Positions 38,217-52,747 of a DNA stretch of 64,000 nt are shown one piece after another; within the stretch, counting starts at the first letter, position 1; every line of letters starts with the position of its first letter. The stretch is from Eledone cirrhosa (lineage: Eukaryota), in NCBI GenBank assembly GCA_964016885.1, contig OZ024741.1, positions 114,638,001-114,702,000 on the forward strand, given 5' to 3'. Under the pieces are notes generated by a model. The model ran no database searches and was not told the origin of the DNA. It was given only the letters and a program-made list of their open reading frames with translations. The translations under genes were made by a program, and so were the position numbers.

Positions 38217-38810
38217 TATTCTTCTCTCTCTCTTAATTTTGAGTTTACTTTTGACCGGCAAGGTTGTAAAGAAAAGGAAATGTTCGTCTCTTGTGCAATC
38301 GTTCAGCCATTGAACAGTAAGAATGTTTTACAGATATTGACCGTTCTATGTACCCTGACCATTCGTACTTTATGAATCATGGAGTTACGTTCTTTCTCGA
38401 CATATCGGAGTTCAGTCATATTTTGGTTGAGGCGGATTGGTATATATCCTGTAGCTCCATTAATAATTGTTGCTACTTTAGGCACAAGGCCAGTAATATG
38501 AAGGGAAGGGGGAAGTCGATTAAATCGACTCCAGTACTTACTGGTGTATTATTTTATCGACCCTGTAAGGATGAAAGGCAAAATTAACCTTTGATTTGAA
38601 CTCAGATCATAAAGGGCCGTAACTCTATGCTGCAAAGCATGGTGTCCGACCCTCTACCGATACTGCCAATCCACCGCCCTTGTAGCTCCATTAATAATGG
38701 ACATAAAACTGAAAGTGTATTTTGGGTACTGATATGAAAACTCCTCATCAAATAGTCCTTAGATATCCTCCTTTTCTTGTATCTTTCTTCCTACATGGAC
38801 ATCATGAAAT
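38217..38810 (-). mobile_element. R4/Dong family B-related 3' fragment, split by a SINE
   Basis: GATGYIP..ICKTFL C-terminus; 3'UTR similar to 41533-41615. Confidence 0.8.
38468..38680 (-). mobile_element. Full-length tRNA-derived SINE with 18-bp target-site duplication
   Basis: TGTAGCTCCATTAATAAT at 38450-38467 and 38681-38698. Confidence 0.92.
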
Positions 38811-38840
38811 CTATGTATGTCTGTTCTGGTTTTATATATT

Positions 38841-38960
38841 TTTCTACTAATTTCGCACAAGGCTCGCAATATGAAGAGAAGGGGGAAGTCGATTAAATCG
38901 ACTCCAATTTACTGGTGCTTTATTGTATCCACCCTGTAAAGGTGAAAGGCAAAGCTAACC
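38841..38960 (-). mobile_element. Partial SINE, same family
   Basis: GCACAAGG..GGGGAAGTCGATTAAATCGACTCC..GAAAGGCAAA. Confidence 0.75.
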
Positions 38961-38967
38961 ATATATA

Positions 38968-39056
38968 CAGGTTGTCCCCGAAAATGTATACACACTTCTA
39001 ATAAATATTGCCTGTACAGGTAATCAATGTGTGTATACATTTTTTGGGGCACCCTG
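38968..39056. mobile_element. 89-bp Tc1/mariner-type MITE
   Basis: TIRs CAGGTTGTCCCCGAAAATGTATACACAC / GTGTGTATACATTTTTTGGGGCACCCTG, flanked by TA; central palindrome CCTGTACAGG. Confidence 0.85.
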
Positions 39057-39424
39057 TATACATATATATATATAGAGAGAAATATATATATATATACAGA
39101 GAGAGAGAGAGAGAGAGATGGTTTCTAACATCGACTCTTTTATTGGAATTAAGAACACTGATTTATGTATGTGGCACTAAAAAGGTTAAAGAAGAACCCT
39201 TTAAAAGGGCTTGTTTTATTTCATTAAACCAGAGGCGGTTTAGGAGGTTAAGTTATTATACCGGATGACCTTTGAATAAAAAAACTGATAAATAAAATAT
39301 TTCACGCATTCCACATCCCAATATTGGAGTTAGTTACTCCTCCTCTCAAAAGTCAATAGAATGTATACCCTGTTTCAATAGAACTTTGTTGCGTGAAATC
39401 AATTTTCTCTATATCGAAGCTATA

Positions 39425-39590
39425 GACACAACATGGCCAAATAGTTAAGGAGATTGCTTGGCGATCATTAAGTCCTGGTTTCTCCCCCACTGCGTGGCAT
39501 CTTAGGCAAATATCATTTGTCATAGCCTCGTGTCGACCTATGCTCTGAGAGTGAAATTTGGCAGACGGAAACCGTTTGGAGGTCTGTTGG
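39425..39590 (+). mobile_element. Diverged tRNA-derived SINE
   Basis: Degenerate A/B boxes followed by CCCACTGCGTGGCATCTTAGGCAA..GACGGAAAC. Confidence 0.6.
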
Positions 39591-41532
39591 ATTGACTGTA
39601 CGTGTAATTTCAAAGGGCCAGCCTTGTTCCACAGCATCATGCTGAATTACGTTGAGGGGGCTATTCCGTTGATCGAACAACTCAAACACTCATTGTCGAG
39701 ACCGACGGAGGTCCATTTCGTATATGGAAGATTAACAGTTTGCAAATCTTCGATCGTAAAATTCAGTATATTTTATTACACTGAGTTATTAAATCAAACC
39801 GCGTAAGAATTACGAACCGAGCTGCATAAATAAATATTTGAAAAGGTAAATAAATCTAAGTTGAGATCACTTTTTGAATAACTTGGAAAATTAGTGCCGT
39901 TTGAGACGTCAATGCTAGATTTACGAAATATGACCTGCATGCAATTAATGCTATAGATTCTCGCTTGAACAATAAACACTACTCTCAGTATCATGCAGAT
40001 TTGAATATAACATATTCTATAGACATATAGTATCGATTTTATGTACTATATATAGCTGCCCCTTGGCTCTGTAACCGTCGCCTATTTAGAACATCGATCT
40101 GTTTTTGTTAGGAAAATCCGATTATTCAAATATAAGTAAAAATTGTTTTATACTTTACTTTCAAAATTATTTTTTTCTAAACCATGTTCACCTAACATCT
40201 AATATAAAACAAATGTCATGATGTTTTTCGTCAGTTTATGTTGTGTCTGAAATATTTTAATGTCAATTATTTGTGTCTATAAATTATTTATAATTAATAA
40301 GCATTTTATAAGTTACAAGTTAATTTCATCAACACCTATATTTACTCATTTATCATTTAACGTGTTGAATCCCACGAAACCACATTTGTAAGATATAATT
40401 GAAAAGTATGAAACGGCTCTAAAACTCCACCACATTAAAAATTGAAGTCCTTACACCAATTTTTCACAAATATCTCTCATGTAATAAAGGTACTATAAAC
40501 ATTTGAATTAACAAGCTCATTTTTAGATATTTTCTGCTAAATCATTACAATATTTTAAGTTAATAATCTACAACTCTTGCAATATCTTTTCTTTTTTTCC
40601 CAAACACTGCATAGCCTCTAAATATCATACACAGGACTTCCTCTCTATCTCATAACATCATATAAAATATTGGCTCACAAAAAACTCATAGAAACCAAGA
40701 CCATCGAAATTGTGTTGGCAGTAGTAATTACTTATAACAAAATTGTGATTACCACTACCAATAGGACGATAAGCAACATGAAAACCACAAAAACAATTGA
40801 CTGAGAGTACGAGGTACCTCATATGAACAGGACGTCAGTCCATCGTAGGGTCAACCCCTCATCTACTGCTGGTACTCATTTACAGCCTAGCAGACTGGAA
40901 TGAAATTATGTGTTTTGTTCGAGAACATAACGGCCAAACAGACAGACAATACCATGCCTTTTTTATTTAGATATTTATTTAGTTCTATACAAAGTATTAA
41001 CAGAATTATTATAACTTATAAACAACATCAGCCACAACAACAACAACAACAATAAGCAACAACCGCATGAACCGCAATAAAAATAAAAATAAACAATAAA
41101 CAAAAACAGCAACAACAACATTGAAGAGTATCAATTAAAACAACCTCGATGGCATGTTTCCCTTTGTTTATTTCCCACAAAGTATTTCTTTAAGCTTCAT
41201 TAGCAAAAATATCATTATGTGTCAACTCATTACGTAAAATATTCATATCACGAAATCTAATTCAGAGAAAATAAAAATAAAATTAAAATTAAAATATAAA
41301 ATATATATGTAATAATTTACTTCCACAATTTTCATTTTAGTAAAAATAATGGTTAATATATTAATTTAGCAAACTCACCAGGGTAGAAAACCATTAGATA
41401 TCCTTTAGCCTCCAGCTAGTAGTATGCAAATACAGCATTTATAGATTACCCAATAATTAATGCTAGAATTTTTTTTATTGATTTTAATATACATATACAA
41501 TGCATTTACATATATAATTACAATTATCTATG

Positions 41533-42510
41533 TTATCTCTTTCTCTTAATTTCGAGTATATTTTTTTTTGACCGGCCACCTTCCTGGTGGCAAGGTTGTA
41601 AATGAAAAGAAATTGTCATCCCTTGAATCGCAAGAATGTTTTGCAAATTTTGAAGGTGCCAGCTATCGCAGCCATTTGTAGACTATGAATTAGGGAGCTG
41701 CGCTTTTTGTCCGCAAATCCAAGTTCAGTCATACTTTGGTCCAAGCGGGTTGGTATATAACCCGTAGCTCCAATAATGATGGGTATGAAGCTAAAGGTGT
41801 ATCTTGGATACTGGATTTGTAAACTCCTCATCAATGGTCCGTAGATGTCCTCCTTCTCCTGTATTTTTCTGACAACGTTACATCAAGTGGGCAGCTGATC
41901 TCCACAACAGAACAGGTTTTCAATGTGTGGTCCCAAACAACAATATCAGGCCGGTTGAGCTTTAATTTGGTGGCAGTTTTTATTTTCAGGTTCCACCAGT
42001 ATTCCTTAGTGCCATCTGTCTCAATATATTCTTTCTCGTTTGTTGTTAATTTTGTTTTCCGAAGTGCGTTCCAGATGGTTCTAGCTATCCCATCGTGTCT
42101 CATGGGGAGGTAGTAGCGAGATGACATTCTTTCGCAGCTGGCAACAATGTGGCTTACATCCTCGATCTTTATTTTACATAGCCTACATTTATTGTCAGCT
42201 GCTGGCCCTCCCCTTTTGTGCAGCAGATATTTGGTAGGGAGTTCTTGTTCCTGTATTGCATAGAGATATCCCTCAAGGTGTGATGTCATAAACTTGTCGG
42301 AACTCCATGCCAGGCTTTTTGAGTGGTTTATCCCCTCTATGGTCTGTGTTTTACGCCTCAAGTATCCATGCACAACTTTTTCTGTAAATTGGTCAATTTT
42401 TTATCTTGTTTGAACATTGAATAGGATCTTCCCTTTTCTCTGGGTGAGAGATTTATATCAGGCTTTATTCCATATCTCTCCTCCAGATCAGTCGCTATTC
42501 TAATATTTTT
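41533..42510 (-). mobile_element. R4/Dong family B, 5'-truncated copy (CCHC + RLE + 3'UTR)
   Basis: ORFs 41831-42373 and 41616-41834; 42070-42510 is nearly identical to 54194-54640; 5' junction at (TATG)n. Confidence 0.92.
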
Positions 42511-42723
42511 TTTGTGTATGTATGTATGTATGTATGTATGTATGTATGTATGTATGTATGTATGTATGTATGTATGTATGTATGTATGTATGTATGTATG
42601 TATGTATCTATCTATCTATCTATATATATATCTATCTATCTGTCTATCTGTCTGTCTGTCCGCCCGTCCGTTAGCCCGTTCATCCATCCATCTATCTATA
42701 TATCTATCTATATATCTATCTAT

Positions 42724-45700
42724 GCGGAAATGGGAGCGTTGAAATAAACAAAAGTATGGAAATACATACGGCACAAACAAATATTGAACAAGAAAAAACA
42801 CAACTTCACAAATGAACTCCACAACTACAAATCAAGCAATTGAGAACAACAAAAACAACTATAACGACAACAACGACAACAACAACAACAGCAACCATAA
42901 AAATCTTTTGCCACAATAAGCAAAGGAACTTTTACAAATATTGATATTTCCAATGCAAAGGAAATGATCAATGAAGGAAAAAAATATATTACCTTCGAGG
43001 AAAAAGGGGGATTTAAAATAACCTCTCCGCCACAAATCAAAGCCGACACAATGCGAAGGACTGTGATTTTTCGCACGATTTTGAACAAATAAAAAAAACC
43101 GGCTTTCCTTACTCAAGGCGAAATTGAAATCGTCTTGAAAGAGGCAATGCCGGAAATACAATACATACAAAGGGCTAAACTGCATGGAAGCATTTCGGTG
43201 CTCTTCAAAAGTGAGGCCCTTGCGAAAAAATACTCAGTGACCCCGGTCATCTCTGCCACACACACCTTTTCCCCTACATACATGGGAAAAAGAACACAAA
43301 GAATAAACATCACCAATATACCACCCAACATTAACATCTGGTGGATTCTGGCAGGTTTCTTGGAGGAAGATGAAGACACAATACTGTCGATTCAAAAATC
43401 CACAAGAAACACCTGGAAATTTTGGCCCAAATGAAACCGGAGAGAATTTCCAAGATGCCAGAAAGGGTGCCAGTAGACAATACCAATTACATCCACATTT
43501 CGGCAGATGGGTGGAGGCCACATTGTTTTAAATGCGCGAGCACATCGCATTTAAAGGTCTCCTGTCCCCTCTTACGAACCCCTCCCTCTCCAAGTACTTT
43601 TACCAACACCAACTCCAAAACCACAAAAACAAGCAAACACACAAAAACAAACAACTGTTCAACCACAAACAACAGAAAAAACACAAACAATTCCCCTGAA
43701 AAACACAGTCCCACCCCATCCCACTCCATCCAACACTACCACAATCACACACTCAAACACACAATCACCACACAACATACCCCTCCCACACGCCCCTGAT
43801 GACGATTCATCACCAGACGAGGCTACTTCTCCATCCCCAAGTGAAGATGAAGGAGAGCCTCGTAAATAAAAAAAAAACAAAAAAAGAGACACCACAAAGC
43901 CACAAAAACAACAATCACCAACACAAACACACAACCACCAACACAAATAACAACACAAACACCACTACAACACCCTCCCCCTACAAGCAAAACAAACACC
44001 AACACCTCCCCAAACACATGCCCACCATAAAAAGTAAACTACAAAATGAACAACAAACCAAAACAACACAACAAAAAAACAAACAACAATACACATACAT
44101 TAACACAAACAACAAAAACCTAATGGAGGTCATCTCCCAAGACCCCAAGTAGAAATTAAGGGGAAAACTTTTGTAAAAGCAAACTCTCAACCACACCTAA
44201 AACTAATAAGGGTTTCGATAGAGACCTATCAGACATTGAAAGAAAAGTTTTCACAGGACGTTGGCAACCCCTGTCAAAAACCAATAAACCGTGTCCTGTT
44301 GAAATGTTTCCCCACCCCACTCAACAGCCCCAGCAGAACTGAAATGGAGATTGAACAACCCAATCTCCAGGAAACTGAAAGGTAAGTGCACCTTTTCGTC
44401 CTTTTTGCCAACCCTTCTCCACCAACATGGCTGACTTACGAGTTGGAAGCGTGAATGTACGTGGCCTAGGGGTGCCCTGGAAACAGGGCCAACTTTTAAA
44501 CGACCTACGGTATAGATGTAATACACGGTATAGATGTAATAGCCATCACCAAGTCCAGGATCCACAACAGGCAGCAACTAACCCCATCTTCAATGACTTT
44601 GAGATCTACGCATCTCTCTGTCAGCCGGGAGGTGGATGGGCGTGACTGTCATATTTCGGAAAAACCTGGTTCTTGAAGTACAGCAAGTACACTTGGACCC
44701 GGAGAGTAGACTGGTAGTCCTAGACGTGAACAGTATTGGAGGTGGAGCCTTCAGACTGGTGGCCGTTTATGCCCCGACCGGGCAATCACAATCGCGGCCA
44801 GACTTCTTTAAGCGTCTGGAGTCTTTTCTGGGAGCGTCTCGCTCTTCGCTTTTAGTAGGGGACTGGAATGGTATCCTAGATGCACGATGTGACTATGTGG
44901 ATGCATATCCCAATAGAGCGGGGTGCAACAGCCTCAAAAATCTAATCGGCCAATTCCAACTGGCCGATAGATATCGCCTAGATTTCCCGACTGCACCACA
45001 GTGGACGTGGGCAAACCGCAGCGGGACATCTAGATCGTATCTAGATAGGTTTTTCATTAGAGAAAAGGACAAGAAGATGTTAAGCTGTCCACAAATGCAC
45101 ATGGTTGCCTATTCAGATCACAAACTAGTCGTCTGCATAGTCAACCGTAATAGAATACATAGACAAGGACCTGGATACTGGAATCTGAACGTGCCGTTGC
45201 CGGCACGAAAATCCTACAGTGAACGGATAAGTAGATTAGTTAAGCAAGAGTTGACGGGAGCCATCGTCAACAATAGATGGTGATACTCTCCCAAGAGAGC
45301 AATTAGAGTAGAATCGATAGGGTTTAGCAGAGAATTAGTTTTAGAGAAAAACAAATCAGAAACAGAACTAGTAGCCAAAGTAGAAGAGGCGCTTAGGAGT
45401 GGAAACGCAGCTAGAGTGCTAGCATCGAGAACGGCACTGGACCAGTTCTTCGATGCGAAACACGAAGGCTGCGTGGTCAGAAGTAAATCACGTGCTCTAG
45501 GAAACGAGGGAGCAAAAGCTGTTAGCTGGGCCCGAGTGGCGGAAGCGAAAAGTGGCAACAAGTCCACGATTCGGTCTTTGAAAGACCAAAACGGACGCGT
45601 GCTACTTGACCCCGGGCAGATGTGCGCGGCCTTTCAGCGGCACTTTGCGCGACTGTTTGAGCAGAACGACAGTACACGGAACGGGGCAATGGACTTTGGT

Positions 45701-47932
45701 TCATACCTCGACGGCCTGCCGCGGCTCTCGAGCATGGACGCCGAGTTCTGCGAAAGACCGATCACAGCCACTGAGATACGGGACGCTCTGGGCCGCTGTG
45801 GGAAACGCAAATCACCCGGTCTAGATGGTCTAACCTATGAGTTTTACATAGGCATGCCGGACTTGTTCTCTGGCGTCCTCAAAGCCGTGTACTGCAATTG
45901 GCAGCAGAACGGGACAATTCCAAGTTCTGCAGTCAAGGGCGTAGTAACGCTGATCAGGAAAAACGAGAAGAAGGGGGACGAAATAAACAATTTCAGGCCC
46001 ATAACTCTGCTCAGCACAGAGTTAAAGATTTTGGCGAAGGTGCCAATTTAGATCAGTCTAAGGCATTCGATAGGGTCGACCATCGATACTTGGAAACGGT
46101 TCTCAAGGCGGCCGGTTTCAGTCCTGTTTTCAGAGGCTGGATCAAGGCGATGCACACCAGCATCTGCTCGAGGGTCAAGGTGAACGGCTACCTATCGGAG
46201 CCGTTCGCAATCACGCGTTCCATTCGACAGGGATGCCCTCTCTCCATTCTGTACGTATTGACTCTAGAGCCACTACTGCGGAAGCTGGAGCTTTTGCAGG
46301 GAATCCCTTTAGAACCGGGACTGCGAAAAGCGGGGTCGGCTTATGCCGACGACGTGATGGTAATGGTGTCGAAAACCACCGAAATCGAGGTAATCGGCAA
46401 CCTACTACAGGAATACGAAAGGTTCACAGGAGCAAAACTGAACCCGGACAAGTCTATCGATTTGCAACTCGGAACGTGGAGAGGCAAACCGATGTCGTCC
46501 GACAGCGTCGTCGGACGCTGGACGGAAGGACCGGTGAAATTGCTCGGGGTCTGGTTCGGTCCAAACCTCCAGGTGGAGAAAAACTGGAACGAGGTCATGA
46601 CCAAGGTATTTACGCTCACCCAGAAGTGGGCAGAGTGCAAACTGTCTTTGAAAGGTCGAGCGGAGGTGGCGAACACTTTCATAGCGTCCATCATCTACTA
46701 CCGCTTGACTGTCGTGCCTTGTCTCCGTGAATACCTCACCAAGATGGAACGGGTGCTCTTCCAGTTCCTGTGGAAGAAGCAGGCTGCACTGGTGAGGAGA
46801 TCCGTCTGCTGTCAACACCCTTCCAACGGAGGACTGGGCATGCTGTGGCTAATGATGCGCAAACATGCGCTGAGGCTACGGCATCTTCAGGTATTCCTTC
46901 CCGACCAACCGGTGTTGGCCCCGTTTGTGAGACAGTCCTTCCCACAGCTTGTCTCGCTGACGGAGCTGCAGTCCTGGGTCAAGCGAAGACCGAAGAAGAT
47001 GGGCGCCTGGTACATTGAATGCACCCAGGCGCTCACAGTCCTCTGTCAAGCGGGCACAGCAATCAGTGGAGACTCCACTTCGACATTCTATAGAGAGTTA
47101 GTACTTTACAAGTGCGATGACGTGCTCGGGGAGACTCTAGGCGTCGAGGACGACGTGCTCACCAGTCTGTTCGGTAGGACTTTCCGCCCGGGACCTATGG
47201 ACAACTTCCAGAGGTCCCTGGTCTGGAAGTGCTACCGAGGTGCTCTACCCGTTCGAGATAAGATCTACAGACACGGACGCCCCGGCAGGGATCCTTCCAA
47301 GAGGACGTGTCGAAGATGCGAGCAGGACATTGAAACCGTCTTGCACGCAATTGTACACTGCCCGGGCGTAAGCGACCTGTGGAACTATACAGAACAACTG
47401 CTGTCGCGTATGGGACAAATCCAGTTGACTGTCCAGTCCATAGTAAGCTATAAAACCGCCAGCCTCTTTCAAAAACGAAAGAGCTATGGTGAAAGAAGTT
47501 ATATGGTGGACGAGATTGAGAGGACTGAGGACAGATGCCTTTCTCTCCGGACAACAATTGATTCCCTTCTTTAAGTATCACTTTAGAAGAAGAATCAGAG
47601 TGGAGAGAGAGGCACTGCACCCCAGTAAATTTACTGAAAGGTGGGTGAATGAAGCAAAAATGGCCCGAGTGATTAGGCCTTCTCTGTTTATAAGCCTGTA
47701 GGTTAAAGAAGAGAGCAAAAGGAAGAAGGAAGTACTTGCACAACACGCTCCTGAAGTTGTTCTATCGACGGGGTATTAAACAACCCATTTGTGGCGTCTC
47801 CCCACTATTGGGGATTTCGATTGTTATAAGTGTTTGTTTTATATTTTTTTTTTACACGACTGTATGTAAAATCCCCGGCATGTGTCTCTGTATTGTCCCC
47901 TTTTCTTGTGTGCCCTTGTGGCAAATAAAGTA
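42724..47932 (+). mobile_element. Full-length Tx1/L1-clade LINE (family 2) flanked by (TCTA)n; frameshifts and an internal RT deletion at ~46043
   Basis: ORF1 with CFKCASTSHLKVSC knuckle; ORF2 from 44427 with APE, RT (QGCPLS, YADD) and CRRC..H..C; AATAAA then (TCTA)n. Confidence 0.93.
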
Positions 47933-47994
<62 letters not shown>

Positions 47995-48065
47995 GTACCT
48001 TTAAGATAATTCCCAAGGAGATGTAGCGTGACACTGTGTAGAAACCCTCGCCCTTTGAATAACAG

Positions 48066-48173
48066 GAACGTGAAATAAAATGTCTTGCTCAGGAATGCGT
48101 CACCTCCGGTCCGGGAATTGAATACACGACCTTACGATAGTGAGCTCAGTGCCTTAACCATTAAGCCATGCGC
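48066..48173 (-). mobile_element. CORE-type tRNA SINE head
   Basis: Reverse complement TGGCTTAATGGTTAAGG..TTCAATTCCC..CCTGAGCAAGACATTT. Confidence 0.7.
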
Positions 48174-48479
48174 ATTTCTATACACATACATACACATACA
48201 CACATGAGCACACACATATATACATGCATACATATGGTGCCAAGGAAACCATAACCATAAACCACAGACCGCCTGAGAACAAAGGATAAAACTAATTCCT
48301 GCACCTGTAAGATATCTATTCATTTTCACAGAATGTTTGTTCATACTGTGTTTATTTATTTATTTATTTATTTTCTCACAAAGGAATCTTTATTCTCAAT
48401 ACATGTATTTCACTCACAACTTTGGTTTAAAAACCATTGATAATTACATAGATATGAAAAAGAAAGATAACACCAAAAT

Positions 48480-48990
48480 TAAGTAATGAGAAACGGGGGA
48501 AGAGGTAAAGATGGGGCGATCTGGCTGTATGGGAAAGTAGGGGAAATGATTACAAATGGCATAAATGAGAGGGAAAGAAGGGAAAAATCAGACTCTAGGG
48601 CCACAGAAGAAAGAAAGGGAGCAGGGGAGAGGGTGATGGGCTCTGAGCACACCACGGACAAAACGGCAAATGGATTTCCGCGGACAATGGCCAGCAACAC
48701 CCGCTGCAACAGCCAACTCACCTCGCACGGCTCCTTCCTCAGACGGGCTGCTGACGTTCTGATTTTACGGAGGAGCTCGGCAGTCCGGGGTTCGAGGATG
48801 TCTGAGGTCTCGATGGTGACCGGTACGAAGAGGAACCGACCTGACAAGCCCCAGAATTTGTTTGTCATCCTGTCCTCTGCATTGCAGGTCGCAGTACTGG
48901 GGTTTATGACCGAAGCGATCAACTTGGAGGTGGAGAACGTGATGTCCTAAATATGGGATTTACCTCCTATGAATGGGAAAAGGTTAATTC
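48480..48990 (-). mobile_element. CRE-clade LINE 3' fragment (RLE C-terminus)
   Basis: AEDRMTNKF..FLFVPVTIET..SWLLQRVLLAIVRGN resembles the CRE-type AE..K..KY..FVP.A.ET.G..LS.A..RGN motif. Confidence 0.75.
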
Positions 48991-50093
48991 TCAGGGCGCT
49001 GGCCATTGTGTTTATTTGAATTTTGGATTATTGGATTTCATTGTCATTTTTCTCTTGGTTTTAGTTTAGTTTTGTGTATAAATGACGACTTGGTTCACCT
49101 AGCAACAAACCGGTATTAAAATTAATTGTTTATATACGTCTAAAACTTGATAATCCCAGAGTTCAACCGTGGCTGTCAGCAGGATCGAGGCAGAAACGAT
49201 GTTTACGTAATTATTAAATGTTACATTTACATCTTCTAATTATACACGCACACACACATGTGTGTATATGTGTGTATATAAAAGCTGTTGCTGTTGTATT
49301 AGAATGATATTCCAGATATACAAGCAGCGAAAGAGAGCCATCGACGTTGTCGCTTGATCTGTTGGAAATAGCAATTAGTTTATCACCGAATTAGACAACA
49401 TTGCACCGAATTAGACAACATTGCCATCTCAAGAAAATGAGATTACACATTAGATAATACAGTTACTGTGTATGAGGAACACAACGACATCAACAGCAGC
49501 AGTAACAACAACAACAACAAAAGCACAAACAGGATAATTACATTTAGAATGACTTTGATCATATATCTGCTTAATCAGGACTGATCTAGGGCTAAGCAGC
49601 AGACATGCTGACTTAACATTTTGTGTTATGATACATTTCGGAAAAAAATTTTGTTTTTTAGTTATTCATGACAGAAAATTAATTCTATTATTAGCTTTTC
49701 AAACATATATTTTTAAAAACAAATTAAATATAACCAACAAAAAAAAAAAGAAAACCCAAACCAAAACAAAATAAATACATAAAAATTAAAAATAACTTGA
49801 AGAATATATATATTTTTTTTCTTCCATTCTGAAATGAAAAACAATCGGGAAAGATGTTCAAAGGAAGAAAAGGTTACTTCAAAGATGTTTTAAAAGCATC
49901 TCCAGCCATTGAATAAGATTAAGAGAGATTTTAGAGAGATTTCTTGTTCTATTCTCAGACATGTCATCTTACAAACAACAACATATATATATATGCATAC
50001 ACACATACACATATATATGCACACACGTACATATATGCATATATCCGTACATAAATGCACGAATTTCTCTTTTACCACATCTCCTCTCTCTCT

Positions 50094-50237
50094 ATGTATG
50101 TATGTATGTATGTATGTATGTATGTATGTATGTATGTATGTATGTATGTATGTATGTATGTATGTATGTATGTGTGTATGTATGTATGTATGTATGTATG
50201 TATGTATGTATGCTTGTATGTATGCTTGTATGTATGT
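50094..50237. repeat. (TATG)n microsatellite
   Basis: Seen directly. Confidence 0.95.
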
Positions 50238-50345
50238 AGTCAGTGATTTTATATGGGGCGGATATGATGGAAATATATATATAATCTTTGCATGATATAT
50301 CGGTCGATAGATTTTATAGACATATGTGTAGATGGATATGTATAT

Positions 50346-50383
<38 letters not shown>

Positions 50384-51149
50384 TAAAATAACAAGTTAAA
50401 GTTTAAGCAAAGAATCGCTGCTTTCACCCTTAACGGGATCTTCTGAAACTAACAAAGTCAATCTGTAAACGCAGAAGTGGATATTTCAAAAAACGTTGCA
50501 ACCGGAGGAAGACAGGAAGACGATACTTTGGTTCGTGGAAACGTTCCCTGGCAAAGAACGGGAAAAAACGAATATAATACGTCATTAATAGGAGCAGTGA
50601 AAAACAATTACACGCAAAGACAGAACCACGTTTATGGTATAAAAGAAGTCGTAGACTAATGTTCTCTTAGGTGGTTCATAGAGACGTTCTCTGGCAATGA
50701 ACGAAAAAAAAACGAAGATAATAAGTCATATGTGGAACGTGGAGAACAATTGCACGCAAAGACAAAACCACGTAAATGGCATAGCAGAAGTCGTAGACTA
50801 AAATTCTAACTAGGAAACCGAATGAATCTCCGCTTCAGAGTTAAGAATAAAGTAAATAAAATACAATACAGAGGTAATAGAAAATAAAAAATACATACAC
50901 GCATGCAAAATACGTACATACACAAGCATACGCGAAAACACTTGCCATAGGTATACAAAACCACGCACATATAAATATGTGTGTGTGTGTGTGTGTGCGT
51001 GTATACAAATAAATAAATAAAATAAATAATTAAATAAACGTATATAAATAAATAAATACGTATATAACAAGCGCACAATATATATATATATACGCATACA
51101 TACATACATATATATATACATACGAACATACATACATACATACATACAG

Positions 51150-51221
<72 letters not shown>

Positions 51222-52576
51222 GCATACATTTATTTATCTGTATCTACGTGTGTGTGTTTGTGTGTGTATGTGCTAAGGGCGAGATAGTGAGATGAAGCGG
51301 ACAAGGAGATGATAGATAACAAGTGCAGTGTAGTATACTGTAGAAGCTTATGCACGCTGAAAATATACTGAAAGTATATTGATAGATGGGATTACATTAA
51401 ATATTGAAGTGCTTTGTTAGAAACATCAAATATCTCACTGCGCAGTACACATGTAAAATTTGCTTTTTAAAACCTAAACTTACTCATCCTGATAAAGACC
51501 ATCGTTAAGCTCCTGGAATTATAGCTGTGGTTCTTGTTATTGTTCTTTAGCTCCAGTTCTTTTTTTATCGGACAGGCATATGAGAAAAAAAAAACGTTAC
51601 AACCGTGAGAATTATAGTGTACATAGAAGGATTTCATTGACTGAAGAGTTTGATGTCTGGCAAAAAGTGGTTGATATCGGTAAACAGGATGTTGAATTGG
51701 AAGACGTGGTGGATTGTGACGGTGACAAATTAGTATGTACACAGGTCCGAACACAGAGGAATCAAACTCTCACTTTCATTATTTCCGTCTCTCTCGCCAT
51801 CTCCATTTCTAGTTGTGGTTCTTGTCATTGTCAAACACCAGGTTTCCTTTGATCGGGTAGATTTAAAACCGTGACGGTTCAGTTTTGCATAGAGCAGTGT
51901 ATCTAGGTAGGGTTGGCGCTTCTATTAAGGCCAATCAGGCATTTGCGTTGGACGTAGACATCAGAGAGACATTTAACTGAACCTTAAAGAATCAATTTCA
52001 TATAAAGTTAAATATATGGGAAAAGCCTCAGTGTGAGTGTGTGTCTGTGAAACATACATATACACCAGGTCCCAACACAAAGGAATCAAACTTCTACTGT
52101 CACTACCTCCGTCTCCCCTACTCTTCCCATCTATCATTCTTATGAGCAATTGTATAATTAGATTAAATATATAATAATTTCCTCCAATCAATAAATAAAT
52201 CACAAATACCTTTGTCACGTGTTGTGGAAGTATCGAAAGTGGTGGAGAAGGATGCCTGGTATTATAATTTGTCACGAGATCTGGAGTGCGTAGTAATTTC
52301 TTTATGTGGCCAGATCAATATGTCTCAAAAACTAGATGCGTCAGCTTCTCAAACTGTTACTTGAAATTATTTTATTTTGGGAAACGGAGTCGCCCATAGC
52401 ATGGTTAAGTACGCAGGCACCGTACAACGATCTACGCATGCATTATCTAATGTGTCCGTGCTTCTCCTTTTTTAAGACAGTAGGGCGTATTTTGATGGAG
52501 ATCTGTCGCTAATTTTCGGTATCAAATTCTAATAATAATGTTAGATGAACAACTATACAGACACACATATAGAGAT

Positions 52577-52636
<60 letters not shown>

Positions 52637-52714
52637 AACCGAAACAACAAAGCAAACAACACAGTATATTGAAGAAATATATTAATTTAACGCTTGATAT
52701 AGCAGGAACAGAGG

Positions 52715-52747
52715 TTTTACGTTTCGGACACTAGTCCTTGATCAAAA
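52715..52747 (-). ncRNA. Degenerate Penelope-type minimal hammerhead remnant
   Basis: Reverse complement TTGATCA-A-GGAC-TAGT-GTCC-GAAACGTA: perfect stem II and GAAACGT, but two substitutions in CUGAUGA. Confidence 0.45.

Noticed and set aside
39041-39056. MITE TIR shares GGGGCACCC with the satellite monomer (satellite derived from a MITE?)
   Set aside because: Only a ~9-10 bp match and the flanks disagree; insufficient evidence.
50413-50450. Minus-strand CAGAAGA-T-CCC-GTTAA-GGG-T-GAAAG hammerhead-like motif
   Set aside because: The core is mutated and there is no UH cleavage site or convincing stem I/III.
51467-51852. Possible host exon (minus-strand GTAAGT at ~51478; short ORFs)
   Set aside because: No recognisable domain, no consistent open frame and no partner exons.
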